A DNA stretch of 64,000 nucleotides from Phycisphaerae bacterium (GTDB taxonomy: Bacteria; Planctomycetota; Phycisphaerae; UBA1845; Fen-1342). Below are positions 29,155-38,967 of the stretch, piece by piece (the stretch's first letter is position 1; the number at the start of each line of letters is the position of its first letter). Position numbers and translations under genes: made by a program. The notes under the pieces are model-generated. The model saw only the letters and a program-made list of their open reading frames with translations. It searched no databases and had not been told where the DNA came from. The stretch lies in NCBI GenBank assembly GCA_963675745.2, contig CAXXWX010000002.1, forward strand, positions 1 to 64,000, written 5' to 3'.

Positions 29155-29348
29155 CGCCGGCGCGCAATGCGTTCGATCAGCAGCGCGTCCTGCGTCCGGT
29201 TTCTGACTTCTTACTTCTTACTTCTCCTTGACGCGCGGCGTGCCAGATCGTAGAACGCCAAACGCTTCCACGTCGGTAGCGAACGTACATCGCTCGTCGC
29301 GCGGTCGCTCAGTGCGGCCAGGCGACTCAGCCAGGACGAGGACAACCC

Positions 29349-30704
29349 ATGTCAAAATCGCCAGGAACAAGCGGGCTGTTTGTCGGTGGGCAGTTAAGCC
29401 TGATGATGTTTCTCCAGTTCTTCATCTGGGGAGCGTGGTACGTCACGGTCGGCAACTACATGGGCGCCCACGGCATGGGCGAGCACATCTTCTGGGCGTA
29501 TACGGTCGGCCCGATCGCCGCAATCATCAGCCCGTTCTTTCTGGGCATGATCGCCGACCGCTTTTTCGCCACCGAGCGTGTGCTGGGCGTGATGCACATT
29601 CTGGGCGGAGCGGCCCTGATTGTCGCGCCGCAGTTCACGCCGGCGGAAGGCGGCTCGCACTGGCCGTTCATCTTCTTCCTGCTGCTGCACATGCTCTGCT
29701 ACATGCCGACGCTGGGGCTTACCAACACGCTGGCGTTCCACAATCTCACCAACCAGGAGAAGCAGTTCCCCATCGTCCGCGTTTTTGGCACCATCGGCTG
29801 GATCGTCGCCAATATCGTGGTGAGCAAGTCACTGCAGGCGGATACGGAAATCCAGCAGTTCTACGTTGCCGGGGGGGCGGCGGTCCTGCTGGGGCTGATC
29901 AGCTTTGGCCTGCCTCACACGCCGCCACCGGCCAAGGGCAAGGCCTTCAACGTGCGTGACGCGCTCGGCCTTGATGCGCTGAAGCTGATGCGCGAGCGCT
30001 CGTTCGCCATCTTCATCATCAGCTCGTTTTTGATCTGTATCCCGCTGGCAGCCTATTACAACTACGCCCCCGTGTTCGCCAACGCGGCCGGCTTCCACAA
30101 CGTCGCCTTCAACATGTCCTTCGGCCAGATGGCCGAGGTCCTGTTCATGATCATCATGCCGTGGTTCTTCCTGCGCCTGGGTGTCAAGTGGATGCTGCTG
30201 GCCGGCATGTTCGCCTGGATCGCGCGCTACGGGCTGTTCGCGGGCGCGGCGTCTGATGGCGTACTGTGGATGATCATGGGTGGCATCCTGCTCCACGGCA
30301 TCTGCTACGACTTCTTCTTCGTAACCGGTTTCATCTACGTCGACAAAGCGGCCAGCAAGACGATCCGCGGCCAGGCCCAGGGCTTCCTCGTGCTGGTTAC
30401 GCAGGGCCTCGGCATGTTGATCGGCGCCCAGCTCATCGGCCGGCTGGTGAATCGGTACCAAGCGGACAACCACGACGCGCTCACCGCCAGCGCCGCCGCT
30501 CTGCGCGAGCAATCCGCCGCGGCCACCGGTGTCGAGGCCCAGACGCTGTGGGATCAGGCGACTGAACTGTTGCTGCAAGCGCATGACTGGCAGACGATCT
30601 GGCTGATCCCGTGCATCATGGCGGCGGTCATCGCGGTGATGTTCATGGTGCTCTTCAAGGACACGACGCGCAAAAACACGGCTGAGGCAACCGAGCAGCA
30701 ATAG
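29349..30704 (+). CDS. MFS nucleoside:H+ symporter family permease (NupG/YegT-like)
   Basis: MMFLQFFIWGAW, GMIADRFF, RVFGTIGW, LHGICYDFFFV, AQG. Confidence 0.9.
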   Translation: MSKSPGTSGLFVGGQLSLMMFLQFFIWGAWYVTVGNYMGAHGMGEHIFWAYTVGPIAAIISPFFLGMIADRFFATERVLGVMHILGGAALIVAPQFTPAEGGSHWPFIFFLLLHMLCYMPTLGLTNTLAFHNLTNQEKQFPIVRVFGTIGWIVANIVVSKSLQADTEIQQFYVAGGAAVLLGLISFGLPHTPPPAKGKAFNVRDALGLDALKLMRERSFAIFIISSFLICIPLAAYYNYAPVFANAAGFHNVAFNMSFGQMAEVLFMIIMPWFFLRLGVKWMLLAGMFAWIARYGLFAGAASDGVLWMIMGGILLHGICYDFFFVTGFIYVDKAASKTIRGQAQGFLVLVTQGLGMLIGAQLIGRLVNRYQADNHDALTASAAALREQSAAATGVEAQTLWDQATELLLQAHDWQTIWLIPCIMAAVIAVMFMVLFKDTTRKNTAEATEQQ

Positions 30705-30759
30705 CCGCCGAGCTTGCGAGGCACTTGGATCAGTTTCGAATACAGTCGGTCAAATGGCA

Positions 30760-30826
30760 GTGTGCCACGGCTCTGTGAGCCGTGAAGTTTGTATCGAAAC
30801 CGCACGGCTCAAGAGCAGTGGCACAC
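30760..30826. repeat. Inverted REP doublet (REPIN-like) between convergent genes
   Basis: GTGTGCCACGGCTCTGTGAGCCGTG...CACGGCTCAAGAGCAGTGGCACAC; same family as 22657-22726. Confidence 0.8.
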
Positions 30827-30847
30827 AGGACGGTTTCTGAAGGTGCG

Positions 30848-31966
30848 CTAGAGCGCCGAAGTGAGGCGTGTCTGGAGGAGCCAGCCGTTGCCGAGTGGCC
30901 GCAGGCGGGCACAGGGGTCGCCGAGTTCGGAGCCCGCGACGCGGGCGGAGCCGACCGCGTGCAGCGCACCCACGGCGTTTGTGCCGCCGATCAGACGTGG
31001 GGCGATGTAGATATGGGCTTCGTCGGCCAGGCGCTGATCGTGGAACCGGCCAAGCAGCTTGCCGCCCCCTTCCACAATGACGTTTGTGAGCGAGTGCTTC
31101 CCCAGTACGTCCAGCAGCGCCGGCAGCGATAACCCCCGGCGCGTTTGGGGGATTTCCACAACACGGCAGCCGGCGGCTTCGAGTCGTTTGCGCTTCGCCG
31201 TCGAGGCGCCGCGGGCACAGAATAGCCACGTTGGCATATCACGGGCCGTGCGGACCAGTCGGGCCTTGAGCGGCGTGCGCAGGCGTGAGTCCAGCACGAG
31301 CCGCCGGGCGATCCGGCGTGGCCGCACCACCCGGCAGGTCAGCAGCGGATCATCGGTCAGCACGGTATTTACGCCAACAACGATCGCATCCGCGCGGGCG
31401 CGCACCTTGTGAACATGAGCGCGGGCCGCCTCGTCGGTGATCCACTTCGAGTCGCCGCTGCGCGTGGCGATTTTGCCGTCGATGCTCTGGGCCCATTTGA
31501 GAATCACCCATGGGCGCCGCGCGCCGATCAACTTCAGGAACGGGGAGTTGAGCCGGCGTGCGTCGTCGGCCAGCAGTCCCCGCTCAACGACCATCCCCGC
31601 CGCGCGCAGCCGGGCCAGCCCTTTGCCGGCAACCAGCGTGTTCGGGTCTTCGATCGCCGCAACCACGCGCTGCACGCCGGCGTCGATGAGCGCGTCGGTG
31701 CAGGGCGGTGTCTTACCGGTGTGGCAACAGGGTTCGAGCGTTACATAGACCGTCGCGCCGCGCGCCGACCCGCTGCAATTCCGCAGTGCCGCCACCTCGG
31801 CGTGCGGACCGCCAAACCTGCGATGATAGCCTTCACCGATGATCCGGCCGTCCATGACGATCACGCAGCCCACCATCGGATTTGGTTCGACGCGGCCCTG
31901 CCCGCGCGCGGCCAGTTTCAGGGCACGCCGCATGTATCGCTCGTCGTCGGCCTGACGTAAGGACAA
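30848..31966 (-). CDS. ribD: Bifunctional diaminohydroxyphosphoribosylaminopyrimidine deaminase / reductase
   Basis: PNPMVGC, HAE, TLEPC...PPC, SIDGKIA, DDPLLT, VEGG. Confidence 0.96.
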   Translation of the reverse strand: MSLRQADDERYMRRALKLAARGQGRVEPNPMVGCVIVMDGRIIGEGYHRRFGGPHAEVAALRNCSGSARGATVYVTLEPCCHTGKTPPCTDALIDAGVQRVVAAIEDPNTLVAGKGLARLRAAGMVVERGLLADDARRLNSPFLKLIGARRPWVILKWAQSIDGKIATRSGDSKWITDEAARAHVHKVRARADAIVVGVNTVLTDDPLLTCRVVRPRRIARRLVLDSRLRTPLKARLVRTARDMPTWLFCARGASTAKRKRLEAAGCRVVEIPQTRRGLSLPALLDVLGKHSLTNVIVEGGGKLLGRFHDQRLADEAHIYIAPRLIGGTNAVGALHAVGSARVAGSELGDPCARLRPLGNGWLLQTRLTSAL

Positions 31967-32016
31967 TTACCTCTCCTCAACGTAAGCGGCGCATTTCAGC
32001 CAGCGGCGAATGCTCC

Positions 32017-32143
32017 GTACAGGCCTGCGCCTCGCAGGCCGTAGTATTTGTGGGACGGGTTTCCAATCGGTCATTCCGACAATAGTGGTGCCGTCGGTGG
32101 GTCGTCCGGCGGTCCGACGGCCTGCGGGGCGCAGGCCGCTACA
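32017..32143. repeat. Inverted REP doublet with a nested REP of a second family
   Basis: GTACAGGCCTGCGCCTCGCAGGCCG (32017-32041), TGTGGGACGGGTTTCCAATCGGTCA (32049-32073), CGGCCTGCGGGGCGCAGGCCGCTACA (32118-32143). Confidence 0.78.
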
Positions 32144-32166
32144 TTGTGTTGCCACCTCGCGGGCCG

Positions 32167-33042
32167 CTACATTGTTCCGTCCGGCTCATCCTTGGCCAGC
32201 TTCTCTCGCTCGGGCTCAAGCAGGAAATCGTCGTCGGTCAGCTCCACGGCGGAGTTCACGTCTTCGTAGTAATACGCCGCGTGCAGACTGTCGTCGGGGT
32301 ACTTCAGCTCAGTGCCCACCGGCAGGCCCATGTGTACGTCAATGTACAGCTCCTGAATTGGGACGCGTTTAAGCGCCGGCGGGCAGCTCAGCCGGATGTG
32401 GTGAACAGGCCGGCTTGTGCCGGGCATCTGGACCAACCCGCGATACTCCACAGCGGCGTCACTACCCAACTCCGCCAGCGAGTCCAGCGTTCGCTGCATC
32501 AGCCGTTCGAGCCCGAAATCGGTCAGCGGCCGCAGCGACTCCCCCCAGAACACGGGCGTCTGGAGATCGACGACGTTGATCCCGGGCCGTGGCAGCAGCG
32601 GCGGTGTCCACCATCGCGTCAGAAAACGCACCTTGTCCCGGTACTCCCCGGCCACGTAGGCCGACTCGTAGTACTTCAAGTCCTCGTTGTCCCACTTCAA
32701 GCGCACGCTGAATGGGTCGCGACGGAACCAGGCGTTGATGTGCTCGGGCCCCTGCAAGGTGCGCAGTAGACCGCGCCGCTCGTAGCGCGTGAATTTCAGC
32801 GTGTATTGCTGGAGTCCGCGGCATCGCTCGGCCACCGTGTGCAGATACGCCGTAGGATCCTGCCGCACCTGCTCCGCCAGCCGGTCGATCTCGACGTCGG
32901 CGGCGGCCGTCGTGACGCCGGGCCGCGGCGTGAACTCCTGTCTCCGCGCGCAGCCGGCCAGCGCGGCCGCCATCCCGACAACACAAAACACTGCGCAATA
33001 GCTGGTGAGATTCCGCCGATTCACGTGGTCCATCCTTGCCAT
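32167..33042 (-). CDS. DUF1571-like lipoprotein
   Basis: Lipobox ALAGC; Y...F.R.ER, FRRDPFSVRLKW, RPLTDFGL, ELYID..GLP, YYYEDV..LTDDDF pattern. Start re-called at ATG 33042. Confidence 0.75.
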   Translation of the reverse strand: MARMDHVNRRNLTSYCAVFCVVGMAAALAGCARRQEFTPRPGVTTAAADVEIDRLAEQVRQDPTAYLHTVAERCRGLQQYTLKFTRYERRGLLRTLQGPEHINAWFRRDPFSVRLKWDNEDLKYYESAYVAGEYRDKVRFLTRWWTPPLLPRPGINVVDLQTPVFWGESLRPLTDFGLERLMQRTLDSLAELGSDAAVEYRGLVQMPGTSRPVHHIRLSCPPALKRVPIQELYIDVHMGLPVGTELKYPDDSLHAAYYYEDVNSAVELTDDDFLLEPEREKLAKDEPDGTM

Positions 33043-33204
33043 CGTCCTCGCCTCATTCGCCCACGGCGTTGATGTCGATATTCTAGACACAGCGAGCGTG
33101 GCTGTCTTGGGATAGCAGTCTGGACAATCGAGTGGCGGCACTCCGGACTGCGCTGGCCGAAGTCACAACGCGGGCTACAATGGCGGACATTCAGGAGAGC
33201 ACAC

Positions 33205-33975
33205 ATGAACATTGTTCGCGAACCGCGCGTTTACCTCGTTGGGCGTCAAAACGCCAACCAATCCGCCATTGACCGCTTCGTCAGCGACTGCGGTATGGCC
33301 TGGGAAACCGACACAGAGGCCGGGGCCGAGACACTGTGCGAGGTCGCCGGCCGGGTCTGCTACATGTCGTTCGGCAAGGGGCGCAAGACCAACCAGGAAT
33401 ACCTGGGCAATATCATCGAAATGCGCCATGGGTCGGTGCTGGAACACGCCGTCTGGAATTTCGTGATCACCGGCGTTTCACGCTCATTCACGCATGAGCT
33501 TGTGCGGCACCGCGCGGGGTTCGGCTTCTCGCAGCTATCCCAACGCTACGTCGACGAGAGCACGGCGGACTTCATCGAACCCGATTGTATCGCCGAAGAT
33601 CCCGAACTCCACACGGTGTGGGAAGAGTCCGTGCGGCAGTCGCACCAGGCGTATTGCAGGCTGGTTGAGGGTTTGCAGGCCAAGTTCGCGGATGTCGAGC
33701 CGGCCACGCAGCGCCGCAAACTGGCCCGGCAGGCCGCGCGCAGTGTGTTGCCGAACGCGACGGAGACGAAGATCTTCGTAACCGCCAACGGCCGCGCGTG
33801 GCGCCATTTCATCGAGGCCCGCGCTAACGAGTACGCCGAGGTCGAGATCCGCCGAGTCGCCATCCTGATTCTCCGTGAGTTGCAGAAGGACTCCACGGCG
33901 TTGTTCGGCGACTATGAGATTCTCCCGCTTGGCGATGGCACCGAGATCGCAAGGACCGAATACCGGAAGGTGTAG
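33205..33975 (+). CDS. thyX: FAD-dependent thymidylate synthase
   Basis: AGRVCY, HGSVLEH, HELVRHR...SQLSQRYV, ARSVLPNA, A..EIR. Confidence 0.96.
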   Translation: MNIVREPRVYLVGRQNANQSAIDRFVSDCGMAWETDTEAGAETLCEVAGRVCYMSFGKGRKTNQEYLGNIIEMRHGSVLEHAVWNFVITGVSRSFTHELVRHRAGFGFSQLSQRYVDESTADFIEPDCIAEDPELHTVWEESVRQSHQAYCRLVEGLQAKFADVEPATQRRKLARQAARSVLPNATETKIFVTANGRAWRHFIEARANEYAEVEIRRVAILILRELQKDSTALFGDYEILPLGDGTEIARTEYRKV

Positions 33976-34027
33976 TGCCCGCCGCGGCCGTCAGCGGCGC
34001 GACCCCGTCAACCTGTGGGAGGCTCCC

Positions 34028-34876
34028 ATGTCGCTCACGTTCACGAAAATGCACGCGCTGGGCAATGACTACGTCTATGTCGATCTCTCGAAACAGAGCG
34101 TGGCCGACCCCGAGGGGTTGGCGCGCGCGATCAGCGATCGCCACCGCGGCGTCGGCAGCGACGGCCTGATCCTGATCGCGCCCGTAGCCGCCACCGGCGC
34201 TCACGTGCGAATGACCGTGCACAACGCCGACGGCTCACGCGCTCTGATGTGCGGCAACGGCGCCCGCTGCGTCGCCAAGTACGCCTATGAGCACGGGCTG
34301 GCACATGAGAACCCCGTGAAGATCATAACCGACGGCGGCGTGGTCTCCGCACACCTTGTTACTGACGCCGCCGACCGGGTCACCGAGGCCCGCGTGAGCA
34401 TGGGCGAGCCGATCCTGGACCCCCGGAGCATTCCGGTTCGCATCGGCGGCGAGCACGCCATCTCCACACTGATCGAGGCTTGCGGCAAGCAGTTCGCCAT
34501 GACCTGCGTCTCGATGGGCAATCCCCACGCGGTCGTGTTCCGGCAGCAGCTCGAGGGCGTCCCGCTGGATGAATGGGGGCCGGCGTTCGAGCAGCATCCG
34601 CTCTTCCCGGAACGCACCAACGTGCACTTCGCACGGATCCTCAGCCGCGATTCGGTCGCGATGATAACCTGGGAGCGCGGCAGCGGCATCACGCAAGCCT
34701 GTGGCAGCGGGGCCTGTGCCGTGTGCGTGGCCGGCGTGCTCAACAAGCTGCTGGATCGAAAGGCCACCGTAATGCTGCCCGGCGGCCGGCTCATGATCGA
34801 GTGGGAGGAAAACACCAACGAAGTCTACATGACCGGCCCGGCCACGGAGGTGTTCACGGGCGCGTGGCCGATGTAG
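34028..34876 (+). CDS. dapF: Diaminopimelate epimerase
   Basis: FTKMHALGNDY, NADGS...MCGNG, SMGNPH, WERGSGITQACGSG. Start re-called at ATG 34028. Confidence 0.96.
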   Translation: MSLTFTKMHALGNDYVYVDLSKQSVADPEGLARAISDRHRGVGSDGLILIAPVAATGAHVRMTVHNADGSRALMCGNGARCVAKYAYEHGLAHENPVKIITDGGVVSAHLVTDAADRVTEARVSMGEPILDPRSIPVRIGGEHAISTLIEACGKQFAMTCVSMGNPHAVVFRQQLEGVPLDEWGPAFEQHPLFPERTNVHFARILSRDSVAMITWERGSGITQACGSGACAVCVAGVLNKLLDRKATVMLPGGRLMIEWEENTNEVYMTGPATEVFTGAWPM

Positions 34877-35007
34877 GTTCGTGGCCGGACTGCGCAAACA
34901 TGTGAACGGCGGTAAGGAAGCTCAGGCCGCGCGCTCAATCATCAACCAGGGATCGCTTGGCGTGTGCTGGCCACGCCAACTCGATTCAAAAGTGGCGTCC
35001 CCCCCAC

Positions 35008-35088
35008 GTAACGGCCTGCGCCCCGCAGGCCGCATGACGCAGGTGACGTCTTCGACCACCAACGGCCGGCGAGGCGCCGGCCGCTACA
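35008..35088. repeat. Inverted REP doublet between convergent genes
   Basis: GTAACGGCCTGCGCCCCGCAGGCCG (35008-35032) and CGGCCGGCGAGGCGCCGGCCGCTACA (35063-35088). Confidence 0.78.
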
Positions 35089-35143
35089 GTGGAAACCCTC
35101 TCTAGCGCCGACGGCACGCTGGCCGCGACAGATGAGGCATGCG

Positions 35144-36355
35144 TTATCGCCGGCGAGGATGCCGGCGATCGGTTGACTGCTTGGTCGGCAGAGCCCGCGA
35201 TCCAAAGGGCGATCGGCTGGTGCTTGATCGGAACGAGCGCGATGAGCTTCTCGCGTTGTCGGGACGGCCAAAGCGCGTGTGCGACCGCGTGATCGTCGGT
35301 CGGCTTGATCCGGTTGCGGAGTGCGACGTGCCGAAGCGGCTCGATCCGCTGCGCCCGCGCTCAGCCGACGGGCGAGTACCGCGGCTCTGGGATGAGCGGT
35401 GGGCGGAGCTGTCGCGCTGACCGTGCGAGGAGCGGTTCGGCGACGGCGTTCGCATGAAGGACTGCCGGTGTGAGCTTTGCGGTTGTTGGATCGAGGGTCG
35501 CCCGGAGCGGTGCCCGCTCGCCGCTCCCGAGCGGTGGTGTGGCGGCGACGTCCGCTGGAGCGAGTGACCTGCCGGCGGCGTGTAGCTGCGCCCGCTCGAA
35601 GCCCGCCCGCTATGCCTGAACTGGGTAACGCCCGCCGGACGTCGCGCTGTGGTCGAACGGTGCACAACCGTCGGCCGGCGAATCGTCGTCGAATGATAAA
35701 CGGCCGGCGACCGCCTGACGTAGCTGTGTCCACTCCGAATTCCGATCGAACGCCCCACATGATGTTGACGGTAACACACGTAACCCGACCGGCGGACCGT
35801 CACGCCGCGGTGGTAGCGCGGTACCCAGTAACTGCCGACGCCAACCGCGATCGACACGTGTGACGAACGGGATGGGGTGTCGTACACGACGTAGCCGTCA
35901 CGCTCGTAATAGCCCGCGAACTTGGCGCGCGTGCGACGCATGGCCAACGGATAATCACCGGCATCGGCATAGACGGCCCCCACCGCTTCCAGCCGATCCA
36001 CTGGCAGGCGCGATGCGTCAGATACTGCGAACACGAGACGATCCTTAAACTCGACGTCATCGTCGTCGTAGTCGGTGGGACTGTCGAGCGGCAGGACGAA
36101 CTGGACGGGTTGCGCGGCGTCGTTGGCCACGACCAGGCCGTCGTGCTCGATTGTGACCACGAACTCCAGCGGTCCGAAACGCCGGTAATGTTCGACTTCG
36201 ATCTCGTAGTCGATCTCGAAGAGCCAGCCGGTCGCATCGCGTTCCACGCGCACGTTGAGTTCGTCTATATCGATATCATCCCCGGCGCCGACGAACCCGA
36301 CAACGCCCAGGACCGATATGATCGCCGCCAAGCGGGTTGGAAAGCCCTTTCTCAT
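35144..36355 (-). CDS. Hypothetical secreted protein with an acidic N-terminal domain and an Arg/Ser/His-rich tail
   Basis: Signal-like MRKGFPTRLAAIISVLGVVGFVGA, about 150-aa acidic domain, then a low-complexity basic tail. Confidence 0.65.
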   Translation of the reverse strand: MRKGFPTRLAAIISVLGVVGFVGAGDDIDIDELNVRVERDATGWLFEIDYEIEVEHYRRFGPLEFVVTIEHDGLVVANDAAQPVQFVLPLDSPTDYDDDDVEFKDRLVFAVSDASRLPVDRLEAVGAVYADAGDYPLAMRRTRAKFAGYYERDGYVVYDTPSRSSHVSIAVGVGSYWVPRYHRGVTVRRSGYVCYRQHHVGRSIGIRSGHSYVRRSPAVYHSTTIRRPTVVHRSTTARRPAGVTQFRHSGRASSGRSYTPPAGHSLQRTSPPHHRSGAASGHRSGRPSIQQPQSSHRQSFMRTPSPNRSSHGQRDSSAHRSSQSRGTRPSAERGRSGSSRFGTSHSATGSSRPTITRSHTRFGRPDNARSSSRSFRSSTSRSPFGSRALPTKQSTDRRHPRRR

Positions 36356-36498
36356 GGTGTCACCGCCTTTCATTGCTGTAGGACACGCGTCCAGCCGCGA
36401 AGTTAGTCGCATCGCGGCGTGCGTGTACCGTATGGACGGCCCGGTCCGGGTGACTATTCAATCTTATTAGCTGTTCTTACGAACGCGTCGGATCGGCC

Positions 36499-38772
36499 TT
36501 AGTTCGGCCGCTGCACAACCAGGCTCAGCCCGACGTCAATGCCCTGGCCTCCGCCGGTCTGGTGGCAATGCACCGCCAGCGTATTCTCGCCCGGTTTCAA
36601 CGCGGCACGTGCCTCCGGCGCTATGTCCACCAGCCCGTGCGTCACGACCCATCCCGTGAGCGATGCCGCCGGCACGCCGTTGATGTACACCTCGGCGTCT
36701 TCATCGTGATAGATGTTCAGCCGCAGATCGCCGTGGGGAACCTGGCTGACGCGGAATTGGCGGCGCAGCCAGATGTCCGATGTCGTCCACGCGGTGCCGA
36801 GTCGAACACCGGGCGTGCCTTCCGTACCGAACATCCCCTCGCCGGTCAGCCAGGCGGAATCATCATAATCCGGCTGGGTCCAGTCGCCGCTCGGCCAGTC
36901 AGTCGTGTAACGCCAGGTCTGCGGCGTCTTCTCCGACGTCGGGATTACTTCACGAATCTCGGGCGGCGGCAGGTAGAGCCGCCCGTGCAGTTCGGCCAGC
37001 GGTGCCACCTCGAACTTCAAAACCTCGCGGTCATAGGTCATCAGCCCGTTGACCTCGCCCTCGACATCGCTGGTCTGGGTGTAAACCGCGGCGGAAAGCC
37101 CCTGGCCGATCAGCGGCAGTATCCGGCTGACCACGCGCAGGTAGTTCTGTTGCAGCTCGGCCTGGGAGGTGTACGTGCGGTAGCCCCAGTTCTTCTTGTC
37201 CCACCACAGGTGGCCCGCGACCGGCCAGCCCAAGCCCCCGAACTCGCCCAGCACCGAGGCGCGCGTTTGCTCCGGCGGGCGCATGGCGGGGCCCGGATAG
37301 GAGTGTACGTCGATCACGTCACCGACGCCGCGATCCGTCCAGCCGCTGGCGCTGTTGACCAAGCGTGTCGGGTCGTACTGCCGGGTCCAGTCGGCAATGC
37401 GCCCGGTATCCCACTGGCCCCAGCCCTCGTTGTAGGTGACCCACATGACGATCGACGGGTGATTCCGCAGCGCGTCGATCATCGCCTTGAGCTCGCGCTG
37501 GAAGTTGGCGGCCGACTCGGGTGTACGCGTGATGTCCGGATCGTTGCCGCCGATATACCGGTCACCGCTCGGCATGTCCTGCCAGACGAGCAGCCCCAGA
37601 CGGTCGCAGTGGTAGTAGAGCCGCGCCGGCTCGACCTTGACGTGCTTGCGCAACATGTTCATGCCCAGTTTCTTGAGCACTTCCAGGTCATACCGCAGCG
37701 CTGCGTCACTTGGCGCGGTGTAGAGCCCGTCCGGCCACCAGCCCTGATCCAGCGGCCCGAACTGGAACAGCGGCCGCCCGTTCAGCAACAGACGCGTGTG
37801 ACCGGCGTGCTTGCCGAGCGCGATCTGGCGCAGGCCGAAGTAGGACTGCACGGCGTCGACCGTGGCGCCGTTATCGAGCAGGCTCACTTTCAGATCGTAC
37901 AGATGCGGCGAACTCGGCGACCAGGGCTTGGCGTCCGGGATCTTGATGGCCACGGCCTCGCCCGCGGCGGAGTCAGCGAACGCGACGAGGCTGCCGCCAT
38001 CCAGAACCTCGACGCGCGTCCGCTTGCCACCGGTGACGTCCGCCGCCACTACAACTTCTGATTGATCGAAGACCGGCGTGATCTTCAAGCCGCGGATGTA
38101 ACCTCGTGGCACCGGTTCGAGCCAAACGGTCTGCCAGATGCCGGTGACGGCCGTGTACCAGATGCCCTCGGGCTTGAGGACTTGCTTGCCGCGCGGCTGC
38201 CAGCGCTGGTCGGTCGGATCGGTCACCTTCACGACCAGCGTCTGCGCGGCGTCAGGCAAAAGCGCATCGGTAATGTCGAAGCTGAACGGATCGTAGCCGC
38301 CCTGGTGGTTACCAAGGTGTGTGCCATTCACCCAGACGTCAGCAGACCAGTCAACGGCCCCGAAGTGCAGCAAGACGCGCTGCCCCTTCCACTCCGACGG
38401 AACCTCGAAAGTCCGCCGATACCACAGCGCCTGGTCGTGGCTGACTGGCTTCTTGACGCCGGAAAGCGCCGATTCGACACAAAACGGCACGAGAATCTGC
38501 CCGTCGTGTGATTCTGGGGCATTCGCGACCGCCGCCGATGTGATGGCATAGTCCCACAACCCGTTCAGGTTCAGCCACTTCGACCGCACCATCTGGGGCC
38601 GCGGATAGTCCGGCCAGACGTTTTCGGGGGTGACGTCCGCCGCCCAACGCGTCAGCAGTTGCCCGTCCACGGGCTTCCAGTCGCCGGCCCCGTTGGCAAG
38701 CCCGGCGCCGGTCATGCCTGCAGTTGCCAGAATCGCCATGTAAACCAGTGCGTTCGGTATTCCCTGGTGCAT
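36499..38772 (-). CDS. Glycoside hydrolase family 2 (secreted, with an extra C-terminal beta-sandwich)
   Basis: YPRPQ, NLNGLW, HFGAVDW, GIWQTVWLE, LDQGWWPDG, RKHVK, NEGWGQ, GEFGG. Confidence 0.92.
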   Translation of the reverse strand: MHQGIPNALVYMAILATAGMTGAGLANGAGDWKPVDGQLLTRWAADVTPENVWPDYPRPQMVRSKWLNLNGLWDYAITSAAVANAPESHDGQILVPFCVESALSGVKKPVSHDQALWYRRTFEVPSEWKGQRVLLHFGAVDWSADVWVNGTHLGNHQGGYDPFSFDITDALLPDAAQTLVVKVTDPTDQRWQPRGKQVLKPEGIWYTAVTGIWQTVWLEPVPRGYIRGLKITPVFDQSEVVVAADVTGGKRTRVEVLDGGSLVAFADSAAGEAVAIKIPDAKPWSPSSPHLYDLKVSLLDNGATVDAVQSYFGLRQIALGKHAGHTRLLLNGRPLFQFGPLDQGWWPDGLYTAPSDAALRYDLEVLKKLGMNMLRKHVKVEPARLYYHCDRLGLLVWQDMPSGDRYIGGNDPDITRTPESAANFQRELKAMIDALRNHPSIVMWVTYNEGWGQWDTGRIADWTRQYDPTRLVNSASGWTDRGVGDVIDVHSYPGPAMRPPEQTRASVLGEFGGLGWPVAGHLWWDKKNWGYRTYTSQAELQQNYLRVVSRILPLIGQGLSAAVYTQTSDVEGEVNGLMTYDREVLKFEVAPLAELHGRLYLPPPEIREVIPTSEKTPQTWRYTTDWPSGDWTQPDYDDSAWLTGEGMFGTEGTPGVRLGTAWTTSDIWLRRQFRVSQVPHGDLRLNIYHDEDAEVYINGVPAASLTGWVVTHGLVDIAPEARAALKPGENTLAVHCHQTGGGQGIDVGLSLVVQRPN

Positions 38773-38967
38773 ACGCAACTCCCTGGTTGGCGGCAAACGG
38801 TCATGTACGCCTGCCGGTGGTTACGCAGGTCCATCATTCGCTCCCGCTGTGATGGAGAATAGGCGCAAACGAGGCCTGGGGGGTAGTATATTGTGGGTCG
38901 ATTTGCCCGGCGGCGCAACCGGGCCAGTTTGTCTGGAGAATCCGGGCCTACGCCCAGGGAGCCAGCC

